Shown piece after piece: positions 18,116 through 28,409 of a stretch of 32,000 bases of DNA. The stretch spans positions 456,418 through 488,417 of the forward strand of contig JBBISB010000001.1 of assembly GCA_037441475.1 (NCBI GenBank). The letters are read 5' to 3'. Both the position numbers and the translations under genes were made by a program. Under the pieces are notes generated by a model, which was not told where the DNA came from, did no database searches, and saw only the letters and a list, made by a program, of their open reading frames with translations. The stretch comes from Candidatus Iainarchaeum sp. (lineage in GTDB: Archaea > Iainarchaeota > Iainarchaeia > Iainarchaeales > CSSED10-239). Positions within the stretch are counted from its first letter, which is position 1, and each line of letters begins with the position of its first letter.

Positions 18116-19220
18116 TTAAAGATATTTACTTTTTCCTGTACTCACAATAAGTATTTTTTTTGTTTTTGGTATTTTGTTTTTTATTTCTAAAAATAAAGCA
18201 AGACCCGCCGCTGCAGATGGTTCAAAAGAAACACCTTGAGATTCTAAAATGTCGCTTGCTTCTTTTAAATATCTTTCCTTAAAAACAAGTACGTCAGAAG
18301 AAGGTCCAAAAATCCAGAAAACTTATATGTTTTTAACCACTATTCACTATAACGCACAAAAGGAAGGTGTGGAGAATAAAGTTTATCTGCTTTTGTTTTT
18401 TATTATTTGTTGTAGCTCCAAAAAAAATTACATCTTTTTAAAATATTAACATTTCCTTTAAATCTAGGATCGTGATTTTTTGTAGATACTTCTTTTTTTG
18501 TAATGTTTAAAATATTTTCAAATAAATTACCGGTTCCAAAAGGGATAAAACAATAGTCCGGAGAGGTATTGATTATCTCGTAACTCAACCAATCATAAAA
18601 CCTACTTGTTGGGTCAAGATCCTCATTTAAGGTGATGTCAAAACCTTCTTGATTATCAGTTATCTTAAGAATGTCTTTCCCTGATAATTTTTTTAAAGAT
18701 AATTTTTGTTTGTATATCGCGCAACCTATTCTTTCAAGGCTTTTAACTATGTCTGGTGCTATTTTTCATCAACAATCACCTTTAAGTTAGGTAGGCCACA
18801 TTTTCTAAGTTGTGATTGTATGGCGTAAGCAGCTGATCCAGAAGATATATTGACATAACAGGTAACTTTTCAATAAGCCCCTCTTTCTTAGATTTCAAAA
18901 AACTTTTGTATGTGACAATTATCTCACAAGCCATTCTATCTTTATGTGTACCAGGGGGTTATAACTTTCATCTTTTAAATAAACATTATTATAACCAGGT
19001 ATCTTTATTTTATAAGTAGGGGTTGCAGGAAATTTAGGGTCATCAGATGGAAACTCAGGTTTTCTGGATTATTTTCTGATGCAACCTTTATTTTCTTAAA
19101 GATGATTTCCTCTTTTTTTGTAAGGCTCATGCTTTTTTCTTTTTGTAAGTTTTTTTTAACTTTAGTATCTTCTTTTTTAACATCTTCAGTTGTTGGTTCT
19201 AAAGCTTCTTCTTCATTCAT
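18116..19220 (-). pseudogene. PLP-dependent fold-type II enzyme relic (threonine synthase-like)
   Basis: Split between frames: FPSDDPKFPATPTYKIKIPGYNNVYLKDESYNP / PGTHKDRMACEIIVTYKSFL / ISSGSAAYAIQSQLRKCGLPNLKVIVDEK / APDIVKSLERIGCAIYKQKLS...DYCFIPFGTGNLFENILN / KADKLYSPHLPFVRYSE*WLKTYKFSGF / GPSSDVLVFKERYLKEASDILESQGVSFEPSAAAGLALFLEIKNKIPKTKKILIVSTGKSKYL. Confidence 0.8.
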
Positions 19221-19232
19221 TTTTTTTAAAAA

Positions 19233-21245
19233 CTATTCTTTAGTAACACACTTATGATTCAAACACATCTCATATGTTTTTCCTCTTTTAGAAGAAACTT
19301 TTATCATAGGCGAACCACAACTTTCACAAAATTTATCTTCAATGGTTGAAACTACTTTATTCTGAGGTAAAGGAAAGGTGTTTCTACATGCAGGAAAACC
19401 AGAGCAAGCAACAAACTGTTTTCCTGTTCTTCCATGTCTAATGATTAACTTCTTTCCACATTTATTACATTTTCCAATATAATTATTATCAGCAATACCA
19501 GTTCTAAGTTCCTTTGCAATGTCGTCCTTTTCTTTAAGTAATATTTTTATTATTTCATGAAGTATTTTTCTTGTATCGTTTATAACTTCTTCCTTCTCTT
19601 TATTTCCAGTTGCAACTTTTTCCATGTCCTCTTCAATATCAGCAGTAAGCTTAGGTTTAGTAATAACATCAGCGTGCTTATTTAAAACACTGCATACAGA
19701 AATTGCAATTGCCGTTGGTTCAATTTGTTTTTCTGGTTTAATATACCCTCTGTCCCTAAGCTTCTGAATAATAGCTGGCCTTGTAGACTTAGTCCCAAGA
19801 TTTTGTTCTTCCATAAGCTTAATTAAACCGCCTTCAGTGTATCTTGGTGGAGGAGTTGTAACCTTCTTATCTAAAAACATTTCTTTAATATCAACAACAT
19901 CTCCTTTTTCAAGAGGAGGTAATATAACTTCGTTAAGTTTAGAATAAATATATATTTTTTTCCACCCTGGTTCTAAAATAATTTGTCCTGTAACAGTAAA
20001 TGGTTCTTTTAAAACATCAATCATAACAGATAAATTTTCTGTCTTTGCATCAGTTGAAAGTGTAGCTAAAAATCTTCTAACCACTAAATCATATATTCTT
20101 TTTTCAGTTCCTGATAAATCAACTGCAATATCAACCGGATAGATTGGTGGGTGATCAGTTGTTTCTTTATTTCCTCTAGATGGCTTGATTGGTTTTTTTA
20201 AAATCTCTTTAATATCTCTTTCATATTCCTTATGCCCAGCAAGCTTCTCTAAAATGCCCTTAAAATCAAGGCCTGACTGGTAAACTGTGTTGTCTGTCCT
20301 AGGATAACTAATAATTCCTCTTTGATATAAACTTTCAGCAGTGTTCATTGCAGTGGTAGTCCCAATACCAATCGCGCTTGCACTTCTTAAAAAATTAGTG
20401 GTGTTAAATGGTTCTGGTCTTTTAAGTATCTTTTCAGATTTTGTAACCTGTGTAACAGTTCCATTCTTTGCATCTTTTATTTTTTCATAAATCTTATCTG
20501 CAACTTCAATATCAAAAAATTTATTTGTTTTATGGGTCCCTTCAAACATAACTTTGTCTTTTTCAAACAACGCTCTCAAGACCCTATACTTTTCTTCTTT
20601 AAAGTTATTTCTTTCAATCTCTTTATCCACAATAAAGTTTAGTAAAGGTGTCTGTACTCTTCCAGCAGACAAGAATAATTTTCCTTTTCTATTAGATATT
20701 ACTGATAAATATCTAGTAAGTATAGCTCCCCACAAAAGATCAATCTCTTGTCTTGCAAAAACTGAATAAGCGTAATTAAAATCAAGTTTTCTTAGTTTAG
20801 AAAAAGCATCATTAACTTCCTTATCTATCAAGGCGCTAAAGTATGCTCTCTTAACCTCTGCAGTTGGGTTTTTTAATTTAACATAATCATAAGCCTCAAG
20901 GCCAATAGCCTCTCCTTCTCTGTCTGCATCAGTTGCAATGATTATTTCTGTTAAGTCTTTTCTTTTTTCTTTTAAAAGTGCAATAATCCTTTTTTCAACT
21001 TCCTTATATACAAATTTTTTATCTGCAAGTAAATCTAGATTAAAAATACTCCAGTAACTATCTCCGTCTACAAAGTCAACTGTGTTTATGTGCCCTCTTA
21101 AAGGTATTAATAAAAATTCTTCATTATCTTTATTAAACTTAAAGGTATCAACACCATTATCCTTAAGTGTAGTAAATTTATTTTTAGAAAGTATGCTTGC
21201 TATCTTTTTACCTGCAATAGCTTTCTCTGAAATAATCAACTTCAT
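19233..21245 (-). CDS. topA: DNA topoisomerase I (type IA) with C-terminal zinc-finger domains
   Basis: Toprim ATDADREGEAIG; active-site ISYPRTDNTVY; SAGRVQTPLL; C-terminal CNKCGKKL...CSGFPACRNTFP and CESCG...CLNHKC. Confidence 0.96.
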   Translation of the reverse strand: MKLIISEKAIAGKKIASILSKNKFTTLKDNGVDTFKFNKDNEEFLLIPLRGHINTVDFVDGDSYWSIFNLDLLADKKFVYKEVEKRIIALLKEKRKDLTEIIIATDADREGEAIGLEAYDYVKLKNPTAEVKRAYFSALIDKEVNDAFSKLRKLDFNYAYSVFARQEIDLLWGAILTRYLSVISNRKGKLFLSAGRVQTPLLNFIVDKEIERNNFKEEKYRVLRALFEKDKVMFEGTHKTNKFFDIEVADKIYEKIKDAKNGTVTQVTKSEKILKRPEPFNTTNFLRSASAIGIGTTTAMNTAESLYQRGIISYPRTDNTVYQSGLDFKGILEKLAGHKEYERDIKEILKKPIKPSRGNKETTDHPPIYPVDIAVDLSGTEKRIYDLVVRRFLATLSTDAKTENLSVMIDVLKEPFTVTGQIILEPGWKKIYIYSKLNEVILPPLEKGDVVDIKEMFLDKKVTTPPPRYTEGGLIKLMEEQNLGTKSTRPAIIQKLRDRGYIKPEKQIEPTAIAISVCSVLNKHADVITKPKLTADIEEDMEKVATGNKEKEEVINDTRKILHEIIKILLKEKDDIAKELRTGIADNNYIGKCNKCGKKLIIRHGRTGKQFVACSGFPACRNTFPLPQNKVVSTIEDKFCESCGSPMIKVSSKRGKTYEMCLNHKCVTKE

Positions 21246-21275
21246 CTTTTAACAATTCCTTTATAAGAGTATTTT

Positions 21276-21746
21276 TTAAAAAGTAGTTTGTAATATTTTA
21301 TTAGGTAGGCTCTTACTGTTCTTATGTTCTTTAAGTATACTTAATACATTTACCTTTATAAAACCATCAATGCCATAAATATTATCTAAAACAAGTTTAA
21401 GATCATTTTTATCTTGTGCAATTATTTTACAGATAATATTGTATTCTCCAGTAACTTCCACAACATTCAAGATATCTTCATTTTCTTTTAATTTTCTAAT
21501 AATTTCGTTTTTTTTAGAAGGGTCAACACATATCAGTAATTCAACAATTTCATGATATCCAATAACATTATAGTCTACTTCTGCAAATACGTTTTTAATA
21601 ATCCCTCTTTGTTTTAATCTTTCAAGCCTTTTCTTAATCGCTACATCTGTAAGGTTAATGTCTTTTGCAATATTTGCAAAAGATATTCTTCCGTCGTTGA
21701 TTAACTTTTCTATAATGTGCTTGTCAATTTTATCAATTATTTGCAT
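21276..21746 (-). CDS. Lrp/AsnC family transcriptional regulator
   Basis: IDKHIIEKLINDGRISFANIAKDINLTDVAIKKRLERLKQRGIIKN plus RAM-like C-terminal domain. Confidence 0.88.
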   Translation of the reverse strand: MQIIDKIDKHIIEKLINDGRISFANIAKDINLTDVAIKKRLERLKQRGIIKNVFAEVDYNVIGYHEIVELLICVDPSKKNEIIRKLKENEDILNVVEVTGEYNIICKIIAQDKNDLKLVLDNIYGIDGFIKVNVLSILKEHKNSKSLPNKILQTTF

Positions 21747-21761
21747 AAACTATTACCTCTG

Positions 21762-22481
21762 TTATTTTAATTGGTGCCTTGGTTTTAATAAATTATATTT
21801 GTTAAGATATATTTCTGTTTTTAATATTTCAATAAACGGTATTACAAAGATTACAAAGAAAGCAGTGGAAAGAACAATTCCTGTTGCGCCTGGCACTAAA
21901 ACATCTATTAAGTTAGAAACAACTATTAAGATAAGTGCTGCTAAAAACAAAGTTATGAAATGGAACCAATTTCTTTTAAAATATTTAATACTTAATAAAA
22001 TAGATTTTGATATGCTTTCATTCTCTAAAACCATTATTTGTGGAACAAACCATAAACTCACTGATATTACTAAAAAGATTAATTGCACTATTATGTTATT
22101 AAGTATATTAAAATCATAAAAGATAGTTGAAATTAAAAATACAAGTAAGAAAAAAGCAAAATTAAATTTTAATAGTTTGTAAAAAACATTTTTAATTTTC
22201 TTAAATGGAACTGTTTCAGATATGTTGTAATCCTTACCAATCTTGTATATCAAAACACTCTGTATTAATGAATAAATAAACATTAAAATAAATGTTGTGA
22301 AAAGAACAACCACCATGTTTACAAAAGGCGCATTTGAAATATTATAGGATAAATTTAAAGTTCCTCCAAAAACACTTATCAAAGGATCTATGATGAAAAG
22401 TAGAAATATAAATAATATACTATAAGCAAAAGCTAATTTTGTGTTTTCTAAATATTTTTTAAAACTAAGTGTAATGTCCAT
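21762..22481 (-). CDS. Multi-pass membrane protein
   Basis: ORF of 239 aa with about six hydrophobic segments and internal YFKRNWFHFITLFL-type repeat region. Confidence 0.6.
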   Translation of the reverse strand: MDITLSFKKYLENTKLAFAYSILFIFLLFIIDPLISVFGGTLNLSYNISNAPFVNMVVVLFTTFILMFIYSLIQSVLIYKIGKDYNISETVPFKKIKNVFYKLLKFNFAFFLLVFLISTIFYDFNILNNIIVQLIFLVISVSLWFVPQIMVLENESISKSILLSIKYFKRNWFHFITLFLAALILIVVSNLIDVLVPGATGIVLSTAFFVIFVIPFIEILKTEIYLNKYNLLKPRHQLK

Positions 22482-22568
22482 AAATAATCTCTTTTTCTTT
22501 TTTTTTAAAATAAGATATATTATATATTTTATATCAAATATTTTAAAAACCTAACCTTAATCCCTAAA

Positions 22569-23831
22569 TTACTTTGGATTTACAATTTCGCCTAATAAAT
22601 AGTATTTTTCAGCACCAATTATCTTTACTTTAAGCTTTTGCCCTATTTTTAAGGGTGCCTTAACTACAATTGACCTATAGTCATCACTTTTTCCAACCAT
22701 ACTTTTATTTTTACCAATTTCTGTGATTAATATCTCTTTTTCTTGCCCTACAAACCTCTTATTCTTATTAAAAACCATGTTTTCAAAAATAGTTGTTATT
22801 TTTCTTGACCTCTCCTTTTTTATGGTTCCAGAAAGATCTTTGTGCCTTAATGCTTCTATTTTTTTTCTTGTTCCATACCTTGAGATATTTATAAAATCAA
22901 AATTAATTTCTTGAATTACTTTTAAAGTGTTCTCAAACTGATTTTCATTTTCTGTAGGGTATCCTACTATAACGTCTGTTGCAATTGATATATCTGGAAA
23001 CTCTTTTCTAAAGTTTTTTACTATTTTTCTTACGTCTTTCACCGTATAATATCTATTCATCTCTCTTAAAACTTTATCGTCCCCTGATTGCAAGGGTATG
23101 TGAATGAACTTATATATCTTAGGATCTTTGTATACTTCGATTAAGTCTTTAAGAATATTTTTAAGGTGTTGTGGATTTCCCATACCTACTTTTATTTTAA
23201 AATTCTTTTCTATTTTTATAATTTCTTTTAAAAGTTTCACTAGATTTTCATTAATATCAAGGCCATAACAGGCATTATCTTGAGAAGTTAAAATTATTTC
23301 TTTAATATCAGGATTTTCAAGTTCTTTTTTAATTTCTGAAACAATTTCTTTAATTGGCCTGCTCTCTAATCTCCCTCTTGCAAACTTAACTGCACAGTAA
23401 TAACAGTTGCCTAAACAACCATTAGAAAGTATAATCGTCCTAGATATATTTTTATTTTTTTTGATTTCTTTTCCTTTGCCAATTATTTTTTCAATTTCTT
23501 TTTTTTCAGAAACTTTAAAGTACCTTGCACTAGGTAAGATATCTAGCATAGCTTGTTTATCGATATCTACGAGACACCCAAAGATAATTATTTTTTTTTC
23601 ATCTATCTTTTCTTCCTTTAATTGTTTAAGAAAGTTTAAGATACTTCTCTGGGTTTGTTCTTTAACCCCACAAGTATTTATTAGAATATAGTTTGCTTTT
23701 TTAGCTTCTTTTAGGTCAGTTGTAAATTCATTATCATTAATTACTGTTTCAGTATCTTTTTTATTTAGTGTGCAACCATAAGTTTTGACAAATAACTTTG
23801 GCATAAAAAATCTACTTTTTTTCAGTTGCAA
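22569..23831 (-). CDS. Radical SAM threonylcarbamoyladenosine tRNA methylthiotransferase (e-MtaB/CDKAL1-like)
   Basis: KTYGCTLNKKDTE; NTCGVKEQTQ; radical SAM GCLGNCYYCAVKFARG; HIPLQSGDDKVLREMNRYY; C-terminal TRAM-like domain. Confidence 0.92.
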   Translation of the reverse strand: MQLKKSRFFMPKLFVKTYGCTLNKKDTETVINDNEFTTDLKEAKKANYILINTCGVKEQTQRSILNFLKQLKEEKIDEKKIIIFGCLVDIDKQAMLDILPSARYFKVSEKKEIEKIIGKGKEIKKNKNISRTIILSNGCLGNCYYCAVKFARGRLESRPIKEIVSEIKKELENPDIKEIILTSQDNACYGLDINENLVKLLKEIIKIEKNFKIKVGMGNPQHLKNILKDLIEVYKDPKIYKFIHIPLQSGDDKVLREMNRYYTVKDVRKIVKNFRKEFPDISIATDVIVGYPTENENQFENTLKVIQEINFDFINISRYGTRKKIEALRHKDLSGTIKKERSRKITTIFENMVFNKNKRFVGQEKEILITEIGKNKSMVGKSDDYRSIVVKAPLKIGQKLKVKIIGAEKYYLLGEIVNPK

Positions 23832-24234
23832 GGATACCTATGCTGCCCGCTACTAAAAACTCTAAAAAAGCAGAGGTTAGAAACAACTTATAATTTGTAA
23901 AAACAAACTTAAATAGTTCTTTCATTGGAAGTTCATTTAGTCTTATGATGTTCCAGTAAAAGAAAAAAATTGCCAGGTAATATCCAAATATTCCAACCGC
24001 TAAAAAAATTAGCATAACATAATATTTGTTTTTAAGGTGCATGTAATCCATAACATAGGTAGTTATAAAAAACATTCCTAAAAAACCAACGATTGGAAGC
24101 AACATATACATAGGTGATTTAAAAAAATCGCCAGGTGTGATAAAATAAATCGTTGTGTAAGTTATAGCTATTGCCAATACAAATAAAATAATGGCCTTAA
24201 TATTTAATTTAATTTTTTTAATCATAATCATCAA
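23812..24234 (-). CDS. Small multi-pass membrane protein
   Basis: ORF of 140 aa with four hydrophobic segments; overlaps the methylthiotransferase 5' end. Confidence 0.55.
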   Translation of the reverse strand: MMIMIKKIKLNIKAIILFVLAIAITYTTIYFITPGDFFKSPMYMLLPIVGFLGMFFITTYVMDYMHLKNKYYVMLIFLAVGIFGYYLAIFFFYWNIIRLNELPMKELFKFVFTNYKLFLTSAFLEFLVAGSIGILATEKK

Positions 24235-24429
24235 TATTTAATATATACTTTATATGAAAGTAATTAAATACCTTTCTTTTAACTCTTATTATTTTTAAAC
24301 AAATTACTTTAAATATTTATTGTAGAATAATATTTGATTATGTGTGCGCTTAAGAAAAATCTTTTTTTATCTGTTAGTGGTACTCGTACATATCCTCGTG
24401 ATAAACCATCTTTAAAAAAAGAAAAATCT

Positions 24430-25391
24430 ACAAGCAATTTTTTAAACGAGCATTTACTGGTTTTAATAAAGAGTATCTTATTAAGGCCATAAAAAACATA
24501 GGCATAGGTGCATTTTCAGTTATTTTTTCAAGGTTATCTCTTATTTTTTATTTCCAGAGAACATCGGATTATTTACAATAATTTTAACCACTTATTTTTA
24601 ATGCCTAAAATATATAAACAAACTAAGTATAATTCATTACTTTTTGGCCGGTCAAAAGAAATTAAAAAAAATGGTTTAAGTATGGTTGAGTTTTCAAGCA
24701 TACAAAAAAGTAAATTTAAAATAAATCAAGTGTATGCTGAAAACAGTGAGCTTATAGATACTTATCTTTTATTTTTTGTTGGTATTTTTATAACTGTTAT
24801 GTTATTTATTTTAATTGCACCTAGTAATCTTTCTAATCAAGTTTTCTCAAGCGAAGGGTGGGATAGTTCTCTTGTGCCATCTAAGTCTTTTGGTTTTGAA
24901 AATGTAGATAAGTTTGTTGTTTTTAAAGATATTATTGTAAACAATTTATCTGTACTTTTTGTGTGTTTCTTGTTTGCCTTGATTTTTCCAACCGCAGGAA
25001 TCTTAATTGTTGTTTGGAATGCTGTTGTATGGGGGTTGTTTTTACACAGTACATTATTACTTATAGTTCAATATATAAGGTAGCTTTTCCAGTTGTTTTT
25101 GTTTCTGTTTTCTGGAGCGCCATATCACATATCTTCTTAGAGGCAATGGGTTATTTCTTAAGCACAATCTCTGGTGTTGTTTTAGCCATATCTTTTAAAA
25201 ATGATTTTAATGATTACGATAGATTTTCCTTGGCTCTTAAGTACACTGTTGTTTTTTTAGCCTTCGCCATCTTGTTTGTAGTTATTGGTACAATCTATGA
25301 GTTATATGTTTATGATATTTTAAAAAATTTATTTTTTAGGATATGGTTGATTTATTTTTTTAACCCCTTAATCTGCGTTAATATTTATTAA
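24430..25391 (+). pseudogene. Stage II sporulation protein M (SpoIIM)-like membrane protein, frame-disrupted
   Basis: KRAFTGFNKEYLIKAIKNIGIGAFSVIFSRLSLIFYF / FPENIGLFTIILTTYF / LMPKIYKQTKYN...FALIFPTAGILIVVWNAVVWG / SIYKVAFPVVFVSVFWSAISHIFLEAMGYFLSTISGVVLAISF lie in different frames. Confidence 0.7.
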
Positions 25392-25474
25392 AGGGGTTAA
25401 AAAACATATTAATAAGGCTTATAAATATATTGTTTTACTATAAATATATTAATATTATATAAACGTGATTATTT

Positions 25475-26455
25475 TTGACCTTAAAAACAGACAACTCATT
25501 TCCCTGGACTGAAAAATACAGACCTAAGACCTTAGACCAGATGGTTGGCCAAAAACACATATTGCCAAGACTAAAAATGTATATAGAAAAAAAGAGTATG
25601 CCTAATCTTTTATTTGCAGGCCCGCCTGGTGTAGGTAAAACCTGTTCAGCTGTTGCTCTTGCAAAAGAACTTTTCCAAGGTAGCTTCTCTCAAGATTTCT
25701 TAGAGTTAAATGCTTCTGACGAAAGAGGTATTGGGGTTGTTAGAGGAGCTATAAAGGATTTCTCAAGAACCATTCCTTTAGGTGCAGACTTTAAAATTAT
25801 TTTTTTAGATGAAGCAGATGCCTTAACAGTTGATGCTCAACAAGCCTTAAGAAGAACCATGGAAAAGTATACTGGTACTGTAAGGTTTATTTTAAATGCA
25901 AATTATTCTTCTAAGTTAATAACACCTATACAAAGTAGATGCTCTTTGTATAAGTTTAAACCTATCTTAAAGGAAGATGTAAAAACTTACCTTACACACA
26001 TCCTAACAAAAGAGAATGTTTCTTTTGATGATGATGCCTTAGATGCAATTTATGATGTTTGTGAAGGGGATATGAGAAGTGCAATTAATTACCTTCAAGC
26101 CTCCTCTTCAATTAACGATAAAATAACAAAAGAGATTATCTACGAGGTATCAAACTCAGCCCAACCACAAGATATCTTTAACATGATAGATGCTTGTCTT
26201 TCTTTAGATTTTTTAAAAGCAAGAGGTTTTATGGAAAAACTTTTATTTGAACAAGGCTTAAGCGGAGAAGACATAATAAATCAAATCTATAAAAAACTGG
26301 TTGCTTATCCTGAGGAGAAAATGAGCATTTCAATGAAAATAAAAATAATAGACAGGATAGCAAAAATTAACTTTAGGTTAGTAGAAGGGGCAAACGACAG
26401 AATACAGTTAGAGGCTCTTTTAGCACAAATAATATTAATAAGTTCTAATAAATAG
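25475..26455 (+). CDS. rfcS: Replication factor C small subunit
   Basis: PWTEKYRPKTLDQMVGQ; FAGPPGVGKT; LELNASDERGI; FLDEADALT; ALRRTME. Confidence 0.96.
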   Translation: MTLKTDNSFPWTEKYRPKTLDQMVGQKHILPRLKMYIEKKSMPNLLFAGPPGVGKTCSAVALAKELFQGSFSQDFLELNASDERGIGVVRGAIKDFSRTIPLGADFKIIFLDEADALTVDAQQALRRTMEKYTGTVRFILNANYSSKLITPIQSRCSLYKFKPILKEDVKTYLTHILTKENVSFDDDALDAIYDVCEGDMRSAINYLQASSSINDKITKEIIYEVSNSAQPQDIFNMIDACLSLDFLKARGFMEKLLFEQGLSGEDIINQIYKKLVAYPEEKMSISMKIKIIDRIAKINFRLVEGANDRIQLEALLAQIILISSNK

Positions 26456-26466
26456 GTGAAAAACAA

Positions 26467-28365
26467 ATGGGTTCATATCTTGATGATTTAATAGTAAAGT
26501 ACGAAGATGGAAAAAAAGAATCTCCGTCCTCTCCTAAAAAAGACGTTTCCTTAGACCTAGCTTCAAACGAAATAAAAAAAGAGGTTCCTCTTCAGAATAA
26601 TACCTATAAATCAACTATACTAGATATGCCTAATAACAAAGAAAGTAATATAGATAATTTTGCACCTAAAAGTAAAATGCTTGATCTTTCTGCACTCTCT
26701 TCTGAAAAACCAAAAACAGAAAATATAGTGATTGGAGATAGAGAAGAAAAACCATTAACTGATTTAGCAAAAAAATCAGAAATTCTTTTTGAAACAGAAG
26801 TATCTAAACAAAATAAACAAGATGCCTTAACAAAACTAAAGTCTTTAGAAAACAATTCTGAAATAAAGATATCTGAGCTTGATTATAAAAACGCCTCTTC
26901 TGGTTTTAAACAACAAGAGGAAAAAATAGAGGGGGCTACATTGATTACAAAGTATGGTGAAGTAAAGATATATAGATTAGATTCTCAATCCATCCTCCAC
27001 TATTCAATACCTGTACCAAAACCTAACCCAAGTCAAAAAATAATAATTAATACTTTAAAAGAAGCCACCACAAGATTAATTTCATCAGACCCTTATAAGA
27101 TAAGAGATCCTTTACAAAGAAAAAACATTTATTATCAAAAAGTAATTGATATTTTAGAAACAGCTCAAGAAATAAATATTCCAAAACACCTTTACCCTTT
27201 CTACGCAGGTGCTGTTGTAAAAGAGATGACTGGTTTTGGTGTTATTGAGCCTTTGCTTGAAGACGATAAGCTTGAAGAAATAATGATTGTTGGGCCTAAA
27301 AAACCAGTTTATGTCTTTCATGTAGATTATGGTATGATGACAACTAACATCATCTTCTATTCTGATGATGGTGTAAACGACATTATTGATAAAATCGCAA
27401 GATCTATTGGAAGAAATGTAGATGTTGCAAACCCTTTGCTTGATGCAAGACTTCCAGATGGTTCTCGTGTTAATGCAACTGTTCCTCCTGCATCAATTGA
27501 TGGTTCAACAATAACTATCAGAAAGTTTAGAGAGGATCCTTACACTATTGTAGATTTAATTAACTTTAAGACAATGAACCTAGAGGTAGCTTCTTTCTTA
27601 TGGTGTGCGGTTGAAGGTTTTGGTGCAAAGCCTGCAAACATCTTAATATCCGGTGGAACAGGTTCTGGAAAGACAACCACTTTAAATGTTCTTGCAAACT
27701 TTATACCAGAGGCTGACAGAATCCTAACTATTGAAGACACTGCTGAACTTAAGTTACCTATAAAGCATGTAATTAGGTTTGAGGGTAAGCCTCCTGGTCT
27801 TGAAGGAAAAGGAGAATTAAGCTTAGAGATTCTTACAAAAAACACCTTAAGAATGAGGCCAGATAGAATAATTGTTGGTGAAATAAGACATAAAGAGGCA
27901 ACTGCTCTCTTCACTGCCATGAACACTGGTCATGATGGGTGTATGGGAACTGTGCACGCAAACTCTGCTAAAGAAACCATAGTAAGATTAACTTCTCCTC
28001 CAATGGATGTTCCTCCATTAATGCTTGCTGGTATTGATTTCGTAATTATTCAAAAAAGATTAAGAACAGCTAAAGGACAAGTTAGAAGGATAACCGCAAT
28101 CGCAGAGATAAAGGGTGTTTTAGAAGGAGAACCAAAGATAAACCTGGTCTTTGTATGGAACCCTGAAACAGATACTTTAGAAAGAACAAACGAACCTATC
28201 CTTTACTTTGATTTAATTAAGACATACACAAACTTAACTGATCAAGATATTAAAAACAAGATAGCTCACAGAGCAGAACTTATACAAGAAATGATTAAAA
28301 AGAAGGTAAGAGATATTAAAGATGTTTCTTTTGAAATACAAAAAGAATATATATTAAGAAGATAG
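26467..28365 (+). CDS. Type II/IV secretion (pilus assembly) ATPase, TadA/FlaI/VirB11 type, with long disordered N-terminus
   Basis: DGSRVNATVPP; ISGGTGSGKTTTLNVLANFI; ILTIEDTAELKLP; LRMRPDRIIVGEIRHKEA. Confidence 0.93.
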   Translation: MGSYLDDLIVKYEDGKKESPSSPKKDVSLDLASNEIKKEVPLQNNTYKSTILDMPNNKESNIDNFAPKSKMLDLSALSSEKPKTENIVIGDREEKPLTDLAKKSEILFETEVSKQNKQDALTKLKSLENNSEIKISELDYKNASSGFKQQEEKIEGATLITKYGEVKIYRLDSQSILHYSIPVPKPNPSQKIIINTLKEATTRLISSDPYKIRDPLQRKNIYYQKVIDILETAQEINIPKHLYPFYAGAVVKEMTGFGVIEPLLEDDKLEEIMIVGPKKPVYVFHVDYGMMTTNIIFYSDDGVNDIIDKIARSIGRNVDVANPLLDARLPDGSRVNATVPPASIDGSTITIRKFREDPYTIVDLINFKTMNLEVASFLWCAVEGFGAKPANILISGGTGSGKTTTLNVLANFIPEADRILTIEDTAELKLPIKHVIRFEGKPPGLEGKGELSLEILTKNTLRMRPDRIIVGEIRHKEATALFTAMNTGHDGCMGTVHANSAKETIVRLTSPPMDVPPLMLAGIDFVIIQKRLRTAKGQVRRITAIAEIKGVLEGEPKINLVFVWNPETDTLERTNEPILYFDLIKTYTNLTDQDIKNKIAHRAELIQEMIKKKVRDIKDVSFEIQKEYILRR

Positions 28366-28409
28366 TATATATAGTATAATTTAAAACCATTTAGGAAATA
28401 TGTTTTATT

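Noticed and set aside
18249-18449. Plus-strand ORF of 66 aa
   Set aside because: Lies antisense within the PLP-enzyme relic and has no protein-like features.
18403-19220. ORFs 18403-18588(-) and 19005-19220(-) as independent genes
   Set aside because: Both are fragments of the single disrupted PLP-enzyme gene.
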